Assembly (NCBI GenBank): GCA_965178125.1
Contig: OZ237755.1
Location: 372,001-436,000, forward strand
Length of the DNA stretch: 64,000 nucleotides
From: Bilabrum cf. latius
Taxonomy: Eukaryota
Reading direction: 5' to 3'
The position numbers and the translations under genes were made by a program. A model generated the notes under the pieces. It was not told the origin of the DNA. It searched no databases and saw nothing but the letters and a program-made list of their open reading frames with translations. Shown here piece after piece: positions 12,534 through 24,500 of this stretch (its first letter is position 1; the number at the start of each line of letters is the position of its first letter).

Positions 12534-15440
12534 ATGGTGAAACTCGGTACTGTTTCGGCTATTGCAGCGGCCTTTGCTGTCGCAGGGGAGGCCTTGCCTT
12601 CCGTTCTCAAGATAGATCTTGCATCAATCCAGAATGGAGCAATAGTGGTCAACGATAAGGGTTTCGAGCGCCTGGATGAATGGTCTTCAAATCAGTCTGA
12701 TAAGGATTCCATCACTATGGTCGGAGTTCTGCCTGAGCAGTGGGCTGCAGCACCGCCAAGGCCCACGCGGCGAAAGTCAAGTGAACATATGCCAGCGTGG
12801 CTCCAAGCCGCTACCTTGCACCGAAAGGCAGACTCTTTCGTCGCCATGCGAGACGAAAGCGACGAAAACATGGTCATTTATGTCGTCCCCCCATTCTTCA
12901 CTCAAGAGAACAGGCTGGTGCTGGCCGACAACGGAGAGGCCATTGACATCGAACGGAAGGCATTCGCCTTTCTGTACACCATTTGCAGCAAGATCATCGC
13001 CCAATCGCACGGAGCCCTCAGTGCCCTGTAGATAGACGAGCTGTCTCGCATTGCTACACCTGCCAAGGTGCTCGCGGAGACTGTGCCTACATCATCCGGG
13101 GGATTCGTGCAGCCGGAGCTGCTCATGCTCATCAGCAACACGGATGGAACCGATGAGGCTGTGTCTGTGGCGCTTTCGCCCCTCGACATCGCCCAGGCCG
13201 GTAATTCGCACCTCCGACTCGTGGAGGCATCCCGAGAGTCTGCACTGGGCGCACCTGAGAGCCCACTAGGAAGCCTGGACAAGACTGTCTAGGGCATGGC
13301 TGTGGTAAGCACCGGCAGCGGCCGCTTCGGCGGCGGGTCCTGGCAGGGGCCCGAGACACGAAACTCTGCGCTGGCGCAGAGCGGCTCGATTGCAGCTCTT
13401 CGCACTCCCCGGGCATCGGCTGCTTGCGGGGCGTTCTCAGCTGTCACCATTGCGGCGCTCGGCAGCAGCGGGAAACTGGAAGAGCAGGCCAACCTCGTGA
13501 ATCGATTCGTCAATACACTACCTGCTGTCGGTGCCGTGACTAGGTCTGCAGGAGCGCGAGCCATCGGAGGGTTGCAGCCACCAGTTGCAATCGCAGGACT
13601 CAACGGGGAAAGCAGCACCCTCACGATCTCTAGTGGGGACGGGCTCGATGAGGCCAGCGGCGACCAGGTGGTCCGGTACGACGGCAGGTATTCCATTGAG
13701 CAGCTCCAACAGTAGGCAAAGTCGGCAGAGCGCGCGATCACGGCGATGGACAACCAGGCGCTCTTCCAGGCCGGCAGGGAACGGCTGGTGCAGTTCAGAG
13801 AGAAGTTCGGAGAGAAGGTGCGGAGAGACGTCGTAGACCTTGCCAGCCACGCCTACCAGGAACACGCGCTTACTGATGGAAAGAATCAGCCCATACGGAA
13901 AATCCAGCTAGATAAGCTCATTGAGGGGGCCAGGCACGACGCGAAGAAGCAGCTCCATGCCGGGCTAGGGTCCAAAAGCTCCATCGTTGAGGACGACATG
14001 CTGAAAGACCTCGGGCTGAAAGAGCAGGCTGCCAGGACCGCGCTCGACTAGCTCAGGGAACAGTATCGCAAGGAGCTGGAGGCTGCTGTGGATGGAGTCG
14101 TTGCCGCTCAGATCACGAAGGCCAAGAACAAGGACGTGCCTGTGGAGGCCACGGCGGTAGACGAGATTGATCGAGAAACGCTGAGCCTGGCCGGTGGCAA
14201 AGTGAGCGCTGATGCGTATGCATGGCTGGTTGAGGAGCGAGGAGAGAGCTCGAGCAGCGCCATGCTCGAGGCCTGGCCCCGAATCAAGGTGGCGGGACAA
14301 ACTCTCAAGCGTCGGTCCGACGATGCTAGGGTTGCTGCTTCAAAGCGCGTCATATCGAGAGCAAAGAAAGGCTTGAAGAATTCGAAGCTAGCAGGACAAG
14401 GCAGCGGTGGCGTGGCGATCGTGTCTTCTAATCAGATTAAGGAGACCACCACCGCAGTGTTGCAGACCATTCGAGAGTCTGTAGAGAGAGACTGCCGGGG
14501 CATTGCTGGTGGTTGTTCCCCCAACACGCTGCAAAAGGTGGAAGATGCTGCCCGCCAAATGTCATCCAAGCTACGCAGGAACGTTGAGAAAGCCGTGCGC
14601 GAAGAGGTGCGCCAAAGATTCCTTGTCGCGCAGACGACAGCTCAACAGGAACTGCCTCGTGTCGTGGAGCAATCCTTCAACGAGCTGCTGTCGGGCGATG
14701 CGGTGAAGGGTGGTCTCGCTGCTTCTCTCCAAGAGGCACAGAGAAAGGCAGAAGCAGCTCAGAGGCTATACGTAGAGGAGCTCGGGTTCTCATCGGCACC
14801 AGTGGAGGATGCATCCAGAATGTGGGCAGGCACCCAGGAAGAAACTATTCGGTCTCATGTCAAACAATACGAGATGATGCTGGAAGGTGCTTTCAGGGAG
14901 GCGGACATTCAGATTGCAGCCGCATGTGCTGCTGCTGGGGAGGGCCTCTTTGTCCCCGAGTTCTGGACCATCGACCAGGTGATCGACTACACCAGGTCAC
15001 TGCTGCGTGAGAACAATGTGATCGCGGCAAAATTCATCGAGTCTGGGGCTCTTGAGACTCGCATTCGAGCCAAGATTGTCGAAGATTAGCCTGGTGTGGT
15101 CGTGATGCGGAACAGTGGATTGTTCTGGATCGTCTTGGTGGTCAGCACGGCCGCACTGGTGGGGGTCGTTGCACTGGGGATACTAGCCGGCGGCGAGTCC
15201 AAACGGTTCGGGGTCCTCGCGGGGCCTATTCTTGCGCTGAGCATTTGGGCAGCCGGAGGCAGTGCAGTGCCAGTGCTTGCTCCCATTATTTTCTCTGGGG
15301 GCACTGCATTGGCTGGCGTGGCTGCTGTCGTGCTGGCAGACCGCAATGCGGCGTCCTATACTGCGGCAGCCACTGGCGTTATCCTGCTTGCGTTCGGAGT
15401 TGCGCTGCACCTTACGAACTCGTTTGCGCACGAGGAATGA
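12534..15440 (+). CDS. Signal-peptide protein with degenerate GBP/atlastin-like G domain, helical region and ~4 C-terminal TMs (~968 aa)
   Basis: ORFs starting at 12534, 13068, 13296, 13746, 14088 and 15096 share one frame with 5 TAG; ends TGA at 15438. Signal peptide MVKLGTVSAIAAAFAVAGEA. GAIVVNDKGFERL..ITMVGVL, KAFAFLYTICSKIIAQSHGAL..IDEL and PELLMLISN resemble GBP core segments. Hydrophobic helices at 15117-15410. Confidence 0.65.
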
Positions 15441-15608
15441 ATGTGTGGCGGGCCAGCAATGTTAGGCAGCAGGCCTGCCAATTTTTGGCTGTTTCTGTTC
15501 AATCCGGAATCCGATCGGTGCAGTTTTGTCTTCAAATTTTACTTAGATTTGCTGCAAGTACAACCGCAACCGTTGTAATCGTATGATGTTCTAGTTCGGA
15601 AGTACTAC

Positions 15609-17231
15609 TCACTATTTTTGCTTTCTCCTTGCCAGCGCAAGTGCCTTGGCCTTGGCAGCAGCGATGGCCCGTGCCTTGGCCTGCTCAGTAGCAGCTGGCA
15701 GTCTCGATTGGCCGGCGGGCGGCACCACACGGCCGTCGGACCGCAGAGAAGTAAAGTTGCTCCCTGCTGTGCCACTCAGCGGGTTTCGCGCAAGCATGCT
15801 CGCCTACACAGCCTGCGAGCTCGGCAGGACCGACGCCGCTGGCTACTGACCCGGACCCGAGACCCCGCTTTGCTGCGTTCCAGCCGGCACGAGGGGCTGC
15901 TCCCTACAAGTAGCAGCCGTGCGCATAGTCCGAGACGCGCCTTCCTACCTCAGCATGCGGCGCTCTGCTTCAGCAATTGCCTCCGCCACCCTCCACCCTG
16001 GCCTGCCCTGCAACTGCACGTGTGACCTACCGGAAGCAGTGCCTCCTCCACTGGACGAGCTGCTGGACGAGCTGCTGGACGAGCTGCTGGACGACCAGAG
16101 ACCGACAGCGCTGGGCCTGCTAGCACGCCTTAATAGCCCCAGTCTTCCCAGAGTGTCTTCTAACGACACTCCATTGAATGATTGTTGGGCCTCCTTGCCC
16201 AATGGCATGCTTGCACAGTCACCTGCCCGACCCCGCATCCCAGACGCCACCGAGCTGGAGTGCCCAGCCACGCCAACGGCTTCACCGGTAGCAGCACCTG
16301 CCAGTGGTGGCCGATGCTGCAGCGGCCGCAAGTGGTCTCGCAGGACAGGAAGCTCGTCCAGAGTCCGTCTGTGCGCCCCTTCCCTGTGAAACCTCCTCGC
16401 GCTGCGGTGCTCTCCTGCACCTGCTGCCGCCTGTTCCGCTCTCGTTCGCTCCGCAGCGTCCTGTATTGCCTCCTCCAGAGCTTTCTTCCGCGCAATGGCA
16501 TCTTCGGGTCTCGTCACCGATATGGCTGCACTCGAGGTGCCCTACAATGCAGCGTCGAACCAGGAGGGTGCTTCCAGCTTGGCGCGCAGATCATGGCGGT
16601 CTTCGCGTGCCTTGGCAGTAGCGGTGCTAGACGGCTGGCCTGCAGCCGTGGTGCTGTCGCCGCGTTTCAACTAGTAGGGTTTAGACACCGGCACTTGCTG
16701 GTTACTATCGCCTCCCACGAGCTCTGTCGTCTAGGCAGCACCCCATCGTCTTGATATAGCGGCATCTGTCCGCAATGCGTCGCGCATATCCTGTGCGACA
16801 CCCTCCGATCCAAGCGTGGCAGATCGACGAGTTATCGCGTTGACTAGCCATGAATCAGACAATCGTCTCTATGCAAGTTGCGCATGTATCTATACCAGTG
16901 ACTGAAATCTCCGCTCTGTTGCAGGCGAAGGACTCGGTTGCAGCCTGCTTGGCTTCGACTCCTACGCAACTTGAACCAACCTTGACGCCCAGTGCCCCGA
17001 CAGGGCATTTATAGAAGACAAAGTACAAGATGCATTGCGCAATGGTAGACCAACATTCCCACCTACCTCCACTGCGGCAGACCCCAAGTGGACTACGCCA
17101 CTGCCGGTTGGCTATTCCAGCTAATGATTGCTACGCTGGGTGCTAGGCTTGCTGCTCGGAATAATTGGGTTTGTGTTTTCATCGTGTTCGTCCCCCGACT
17201 CTGAAGAAGACGAATCGTAGGCCGCAAGCAT
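15609..17231 (-). CDS. Hypothetical protein; exons 17231-17067 and 16790-15609
   Basis: Begins MLAAYDSSSSESGDE. Phase-0 intron at 16791-17066 (GAG|GTAGGT ... CAG|GAT). The frame is open apart from TAGs and ends TAG-TGA (...RRKQKQ*). Contains a poly-Ser tract. Confidence 0.6.
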
Positions 17232-17382
17232 TCCTAATTTTGAGATCAAGCTTTGTAGTGTCCTCCGATCGTTTTAGGCGGATCATTGTAATATGCCTCA
17301 CCATCACCATTCCAGCGACCATTTTCGATTTGTTGACCGCTCCGTCCTCGAACTAGCCGTGGACGATAGGAACCGCGACAAC

Positions 17383-20300
17383 ATGTCAGAAGGTCTTAAT
17401 ACAGACCCTCGCTAGACAAAAATGAGAGTTGGGATCAGCGAAGCCGTCTCGGAGGGGCTTGAAGACATCATAGGCGATTACGACTTTGGTGATAGCTTGT
17501 CGGAGGACGATGGGTCTGACCATGGAAGCGATGAAGAATCTATTTCCTCGCCTAGAAAATAGGAGAGCCTCGGTATGCCGGAAGCCAACCGAAGCCAGCA
17601 AGGCAGGAAGCGGCTGCGGTCAGGCGGAAATCTCCAGTAGCTGTCTGGTCAGTCCAGTCCAGAGACAGGAAGAAGAAGTTTGGGCAGGCCTGGTGTTCGT
17701 CTCCCTGCTCAAAGCCCTCCAACCCCAATGACTCCGCTGAAAGGCTCAGCCTTGGAGTTCAGCTCCCAGCAGCAAGCTGGTCAGTCGCCGTTGGCGATGG
17801 CCTTAGCAGCTGCCAGGGCTAAAACACCTGGTAAACCAATATCTGCCTTTGGTTCCTCGCTGCAGCCGGATCCAGGTATCGATGCCGAGCTGGAAGCGTC
17901 CAAAGCCGAAATTTAGCGACTGCACCAATCGCTGGAGAGGGAGAAGGCACGAGCCAAGAAGGCGGAAGCCGCTGCCGAATAGGCGACGGAATCGTCCGCT
18001 GCCGCGAACGCGAAGGCTGCAATAGCCATATCGAAGCTACAATCTGCCATATCCGCCGGAAACAAGGCGCTTGATATTGCAAAGCGCGGTGGCAGTGGCA
18101 GTAGCAGCAGTGCCAGCAGCACCGGCAGCGGCAGTGGCAGCACCCAATCACAAGCGGCGGCACCTTCGGCGAAGCCAGCAGCAGTAAGCCTAGCAAAGAA
18201 AGCAGCAGCAGTAAGCCTGGCGAAAAGATCAGCCAAGCCAGCGGATGCAGAGGCAGCCAAGCCGAAGCTCTCTCTCTTCAAGGCAGCATCGAAGTCGTCC
18301 AATGGCGCGAGCGGGACGGGGTCAGCAGGCGCCTCTGCGCGAGAGATCGAGGCCATCGCTAAGGCTCTCCAGGAGCTAGAGCTTTCGGCCTCAGTAAGCC
18401 GTTCCGGCGCTGCCGGGGATTCAGACTCGGATTCGGGCGAGGAGGGGGCCCCAGCTGGCGGAGCGGACGGAGGCAGCAGGCACCACCTCATTGCTTCCTC
18501 ACCCGCGGAGGCAGCAGCAGGAGCCGCAGCAGAGTTCGACGCCTTTCTTGACACCACTGGAATTCAGCCGGGCGGAGTGCTTGCAAGTTTGCGCAGGTCG
18601 CACTGCAGGCTCGCTCGAAGGGCCGCTGAGCTGCAGAGCCGATGTGCGAGGGCAGAGCGGCGGGCTGCTGATGCCGCAACCCTGGTGCAGCAGTCGAACG
18701 ACAGGACGCAGCAAGCGAGGGGAGAAACCGGAAGACTAGCAGAGCGGGTCGCTGTGCTCGAGGCAGAGCTGGTGCAGGCACAAGTACAGGCGAGTAGTGC
18801 AGCGAGAGCAGCCGGTGCGCAACATGCATCCGGAGCGACTGGCAGCAGCCCAGATGCAAGTGGGCCAACCGGTCTCGGTCGCGAGGAGATTGTGAAGCAA
18901 CTTGACGACCTCAAGCAGCAAGTTTCCAGCGAGTCTGAGCGCGCCAATGCAGCCTCCAAGGAGCTCGAGCGCGAGCAGGAGACTGGTCGCAAGCTCCGAG
19001 CGCGATATGACCAGGTATGCGCCCAGCTCAGAGAGTCCGTCGAGGCGGGGATGCAAGCTCCCTCCCTTGCGAGTGCTCAGGCAGCTTTGAAGCAAGAGCT
19101 GCAGGAAGCCAAGGAGCAGGCGGCTAGCAGTGCCGCGGGCTACGACGAGGCGAAGAGCATGTTCATGGACATGAGGAGCAGGACCGAGGAGCTGGAGGCA
19201 AAGCTTGAGGCAGCGAACAGGGAGCTAGCAAAGGCCAGAAAGGATGCCGAGAGGGAAGACGATGAAGATAGCGCGTCTGAGGTTACCATATCTCTGCTGC
19301 AGAAGGAGCTGGCAAAGGCCAATGAGGCCGTGTCTGACAAGGACTTGAGTTTCTAGCGCCTAAAGCAAACTACACAGGATCTGACTGGCCGTCTTCGCGA
19401 CGCGGAAGCAGCTCTCGAGGCAGAGAGGAAGACAAGGGAACAGATTGACGGCACTGCTTCATCCACGCAGAAGCAGCTGGATGCGGCGCGTGAGAAGCTC
19501 GCCTCGGTTTCCGCAGATCTTGAAGGCAGGATCGCAGCGGCAGACAAAGTTGCCGCGGACCTGGAGGAGAGCAAGACCTCTCATGCATCGGCAATCTCAG
19601 AGCGCGATAGCCTACAAAAGGAAGCGGACTAGCTGAAGGCTGACTTGCAGTCCGCACAGACGAATGCTGCATCCACGGCTGAAGAGCTCGATAAGGTCCG
19701 CCAGCTGTCAGCAAGCTCCAGCACCGATCTGCAGGCAGCCAAGGAGCAGCTGTCGAAGCTGCAGACTGCAAATAGTGACCTGTCTACGAAGGTCACTTCG
19801 GCCGCCGAAGAGGCTGCTGCTGCTCGCAAGAGCGCAGAGCAAGCTCGGTCCATGGCGCAGTCCATCGCCTCGCGAGTGATGCCACTGCCAAAGCAGATCG
19901 GCGGCTTGCGAGAGCAACTCGTTGCGGCGAGGAGCGTCGCGACGGCGATACCTTCCGCGATTGCCGGCCTTCTCACCGGCGAGGCATCTCTCGAGGCACT
20001 GGCAGGGTCTGGTGACCCGCTGCTTAGAGCTGTGGTGGGCCTCAAACGGGCAGCCGCTGCTCAGACGGCAGCCATGCAGCTGGCACGCAACGAGGCCTCT
20101 GCTGCTCGGGCCGAGCGCAGGGCGATTCACGCGGAGCTGCAAGAACTGAAGGGGGCCGTGCGCGTGTTCGTTCGAGTCCGGAGACCCATGGGCAAAGAGG
20201 GCGACCCTGTTGTGACTGTGGGTGGCGGTGCATCGGCGAGCGGGCCGGGGTCAACTGCGAGCGGTGCCGCTGCGGGGGGTGCTACTGATGCTGCATCGGA

Positions 20301-21396
20301 CAAGCAGATGCAGTCCTGGGTGGAAGCTCCCGTGGGCCGCAGGGGTGATTCCAGGCGAAGGTGGGAATTTGACGGATGCTTTGGTCCAGGTGCGGACCAG
20401 GCCCTGGTGTGGCGCGAGGTGCGAGGGCTCGTGAGGAGTGCGTTGGACGGGTATCGCGTGTGCATCTTTGCGTACGGGCAAACGGGCGCCGGAAAGACCT
20501 ACACGATGGAGGGCGACTAGAGCACCTGGGGCAAAGCCACTGACGACGACGCCGAGCAAGGTGAGAGCGCTGCTGGGCCAGGCGAGGGCGTGGTGCCTCG
20601 CGCCATGCGGATGTTCATCGAGGAGAAGAGAAGAGCACTCGATGCTGATGGTACCAGCTACTCCTTCGAGCTCGCCATGGTGGAGATATACTGCGAGAAG
20701 CTCCGTGACCTGCTGCCCGCAGCCAAAGGCAGCTCTGGCAGCGGCACGGGTCGAACGAAGAGCGGAGTGCTGCCTGGCTCTGACATCAAGTTGAGGGAGG
20801 TCTCCGGACGGGGAGTGATGGTGGAGGGGCTGCAGTGGCACAAGGTTGAGACGGCCTCAGATGCCATTGGGTTGCTGCGGCGGGGCGCCCGAGCAAGGTC
20901 AGTGGGCGAGACCAAGATGAACGCCAGGAGCAGCCGTAGCCACGCAGTTGTTACACTGAGAATCGTGGCTACTCCACCCGCGACAGCTGGTACAGGTGCT
21001 CAAACCCTGCACGGCGAGATCAACCTTGTGGACCTTGCCGGGAGTGAGAGGATTGATAGAAGCGGAGCAGAGGGGCAGCGGCTCAAGGAGGCACAGAGCA
21101 TCAACACCAGTCTCAGTACGCTGGGCAAGGTGATCAACGCGCGGGCCACTAACGCAAAGCACGTTTCGTATCGCGAGAGTGCGCTGACTCGGCTTCTCTC
21201 GGCTTCTCTGGACTCAACGGGAGGAAAGGCTGCTCTGCTCGCTGCTGTTTCACCCGATGCTTCCAGCGCTCAGGAAACCGCAAGCACGCTAGGATTCGCT
21301 GCGATGGCTAAGAGCGTGGAACTGGGCAAGGCGAAGAAGCTGGGCGGCGCAATCGGCTCTTCGGTGTCTGGAAAGACAGGTAGGGGCGGAAGATGA
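17383..21396 (+). CDS. Kinesin-14 family C-terminal motor with long coiled-coil stalk (~1337 aa; alternative start 17293)
   Basis: Kinesin-14 neck ERRAIHAELQELKGAVRVFVRVR, P-loop IFAYGQTGAGKT, switch I NARSSRSH, switch II LVDLAGSE, INTSLSTLGKVI and HVSYRESALTRLL. The motor domain contains a TAG at 20518-20520. Ends TGA. Confidence 0.92.
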
Positions 21397-21520
21397 TGAA
21401 TTGAGGGTTCCGTGTCGTCACGGGTTGGTGTTGGCGATTAGATGACTTGCATGCGTTGCGATCCCCGAAGATTTCATGTCCTAGCAATCGCTCAACTTGT
21501 ATGCTAGCCAACCTGCAGAC

Positions 21521-24500
21521 TCAACCAAGCACGAGCGTGACGTCTGTCAGCACCTGTCCATCACCACTGCAGCAGACAACAAGGGCCGCCTGTCGCGATT
21601 CCGGTCTCTGCTTTATTAGTTCGATAGCACAGGCCACCGACCGTGGCTGCCATGGCTGTGCGGGCGCCCCACCACCTGCTGCAGCTGCCCAGGCTTTCCC
21701 TTCAGAGATTTCATCCTCAATCGCTATCCGGGTGGCAGCGCCGATGGTCCGCAGTGTGGCCACGCTCGTGAAGGGCACACAAACGACTACAAGAGGGTGT
21801 CCTGATCGTCTAAGGGACCCAAACATGCTATCAACCGCCTGCCCCACAGCAGAGTCGGCAGTCAGATGGCACCTGCGGGTGACCACTTTGCCATTGTCGA
21901 TAATCACTTCATAAAATCCATCTGAGACTGGTGGAGACGTAGCGTGCTGCGCCACCGCCCCTGACCTAGCTTCGTGGGCCGAGGCCTCACGCAGAGTTCG
22001 GCTTGCGGCACGACGAGACACCGCCATGGATGCTGCAGTTCTCAGTGCAGATTCGCTGCTCGTGGTCAGGAGCACGCCCTGCAGAATAGCATAGTGCAAA
22101 AACTTGTCATCAGGTCCAGCTTGTTCGGACTGTGAAGTTCCTCGCAGGCCAGTGATGGCCGCAGCAGACAGCACAGGTGACCACACTGCTGCGTCGAGGT
22201 AGTCATTCCGAACGGCACCGACTGCGCGACCGATCCTCGCAGCTGCGAGCACAATCGATCTAGAAATGCCCTCCAGAACGAAGCCGGCTCCGGAGGTTGC
22301 AGAGCCACCCAAATCAAGACTTGGAATGCTGTCGTGTGCTTCTGCTCCGGATTCTCGATGATCCGGCAGCGGGGCGCACAGATGCTTCATGGTATCCGAG
22401 TCTGCCAGGTTGCAAGACGATGACATGAGGGAGATTGCCAGGTCAGCTTCCTTGATATCCGCGCCTGTCTCATGTATCCCAGAGGCGAGCTCTTCAACGA
22501 GCTCACCGATCGCGCATTCCTTGGACAGCGGCCCGACCCACTCTCCTGAGACCACGCTCGCTGGCACTGCTTGAACAAACACACGGTGCGTCGGCTCTGC
22601 AGGCTCAACCAAAAGAACGCTTTGTACAAACTAACCGGTAGCAGCAGAGCTTAGATCCACAGCTCCTGGCATCATTGGTGACCGCTTCGGCGAGCCGGAC
22701 AGGGCAGGGGATTTATGCTCGCCGTCAACCATGCGGATGCGACCATGGTCCAAAGTAGTGGTAGCAATCGCATGCATTCCTGCGCGCGTCGCGAAAAGAA
22801 GCGCATCAGAAACATCTGCAAAATGAGGATGCATGTACTCGGCATGGATTCCACTGGCCTGCAACCGAAATGCCACGGCCTGCCGATGTTGCATCGTCAG
22901 CAGTGAGGTTGCTCCGATTGTGCAAACTAACACCTCAGGAGAGCACTGTCTTGAAGACATACCGGCCACTGCTGCCCTCATCCTTTTCATCCAGTTGGTT
23001 GAAGCGAGCACCATCCCCGCCTCGCACTGCAGCGAGCTGTGGCTTCGCATCGCTCGCTTCGTTGCAAGATTGTGCACTGAAGATGCAACCTTATCCACAG
23101 CCAGTTGGATTCCAAACGCAATCGGGGATGGGCCGAAATCGCCTGGAACCCGTGCGCGAAGAACCTGACTGTCGTACCGACCGCCATTCACGAGACGCAT
23201 GCTATCCACAGGTCCGGCGGATAGTAGCCTTGCCGAAGCCAGCAGCGAACGCTGGCTTCGTTTCTTGCTGCTGAGCCGGCGCCGATCTGCTGGTGTTGGC
23301 GGCGCGGGGCCGACAGACACCTTGCCGCCGCCCTCCTCTGCAATGGGTAGCAGCGCTCCAATGACAGACGGCACTTTCATATGCGCTCGGCCAAGTCCAC
23401 CTCCGCCGCGACTCCGAACCGTGTTGGAGCGAGGCGCCCTTGCGCGTACCTCGCTGGCCACTCCCGCAACGCGGTCGCTGAATAGAAAAGTCTCTGGACT
23501 TGCGCGTGCAGCAGCATCTGTCTCTTTCATAAGCAAAGACGTGGCTTTACCTATTTCACCGGCGATCACATGGAATTGAATGCCGGTGGAAAAAGCACCG
23601 CTGGTGCTTGACAGGCCCAGGTCGAGCTGAGAGAAGGCAAGCGCCCTTGCCGTGGATAGAACGGCGGATGGAAGATGCACCTACGACTTGCTCCCGGCTT
23701 GCGACTTGCGGCTTCCTCCTGTGTGCCTGCCGACACTGGCTTGCTGAAGAAGCTTGCACGCTCTGGTCGCCACCTCTGACCCATACAAAGCGGCAGCACC
23801 AACCCAGGATCCACGCAGAACAGCCGAAACTGTGGCAGCAGCCGCTACAGCTGAAATGGTCATAGATTTCAAGCCTAAGTCTGTGGCTGCATCTGAGGGC
23901 ATGCCAAGCACACTCGCACTAACGGCTGGGTCGTCCCCGATATCTTGCCTGTGGCAGTCATGCATCACTCCTCGAAGACCATCCAAGCCTTCGATTGCCA
24001 TGCGGATCTGCTGGATAGATTGACTCACTTGTGGCCCTGCCACTCCAAGAAGCCCTAGAGGAGCAAGCCCTTTCGATGCGCCAAACCCATCGGAATGCGG
24101 AATTCTAACCCCAGGACCTGCCACCGCGCGCAGCATTGCATCCAGCGTGCCTCTAATTTCAAAGGCCCCTACGAGGAGCTGGATGCATCCCGACAAACGA
24201 ACGCGAGCAGCGTGCAGTCGCACGCCTAATAGTCCGAGTTCCGCCCTAAGAAGTTCCTCTCGCTTGGTTTGCTTGCCGGCTGCGGCCTATCTAGCAACCG
24301 CTGCTTGCTCAATTGGCTGCACTTGCAGGCCTTCCAGAACATCCGTCTACTACCTTTCTGCCGCTGCGCGCATTTTGCGCTGTCTTCGATTCTCTCGTCG
24401 TCGCTGCAAGCGGTCAGCACGTTTGCCTTTGCCCTGATTTCCCTTGCCCTGATTTCCGTTGCCCTTCCCATTCGCTTTGCCGCTGTTGGCAACTTTGGGG

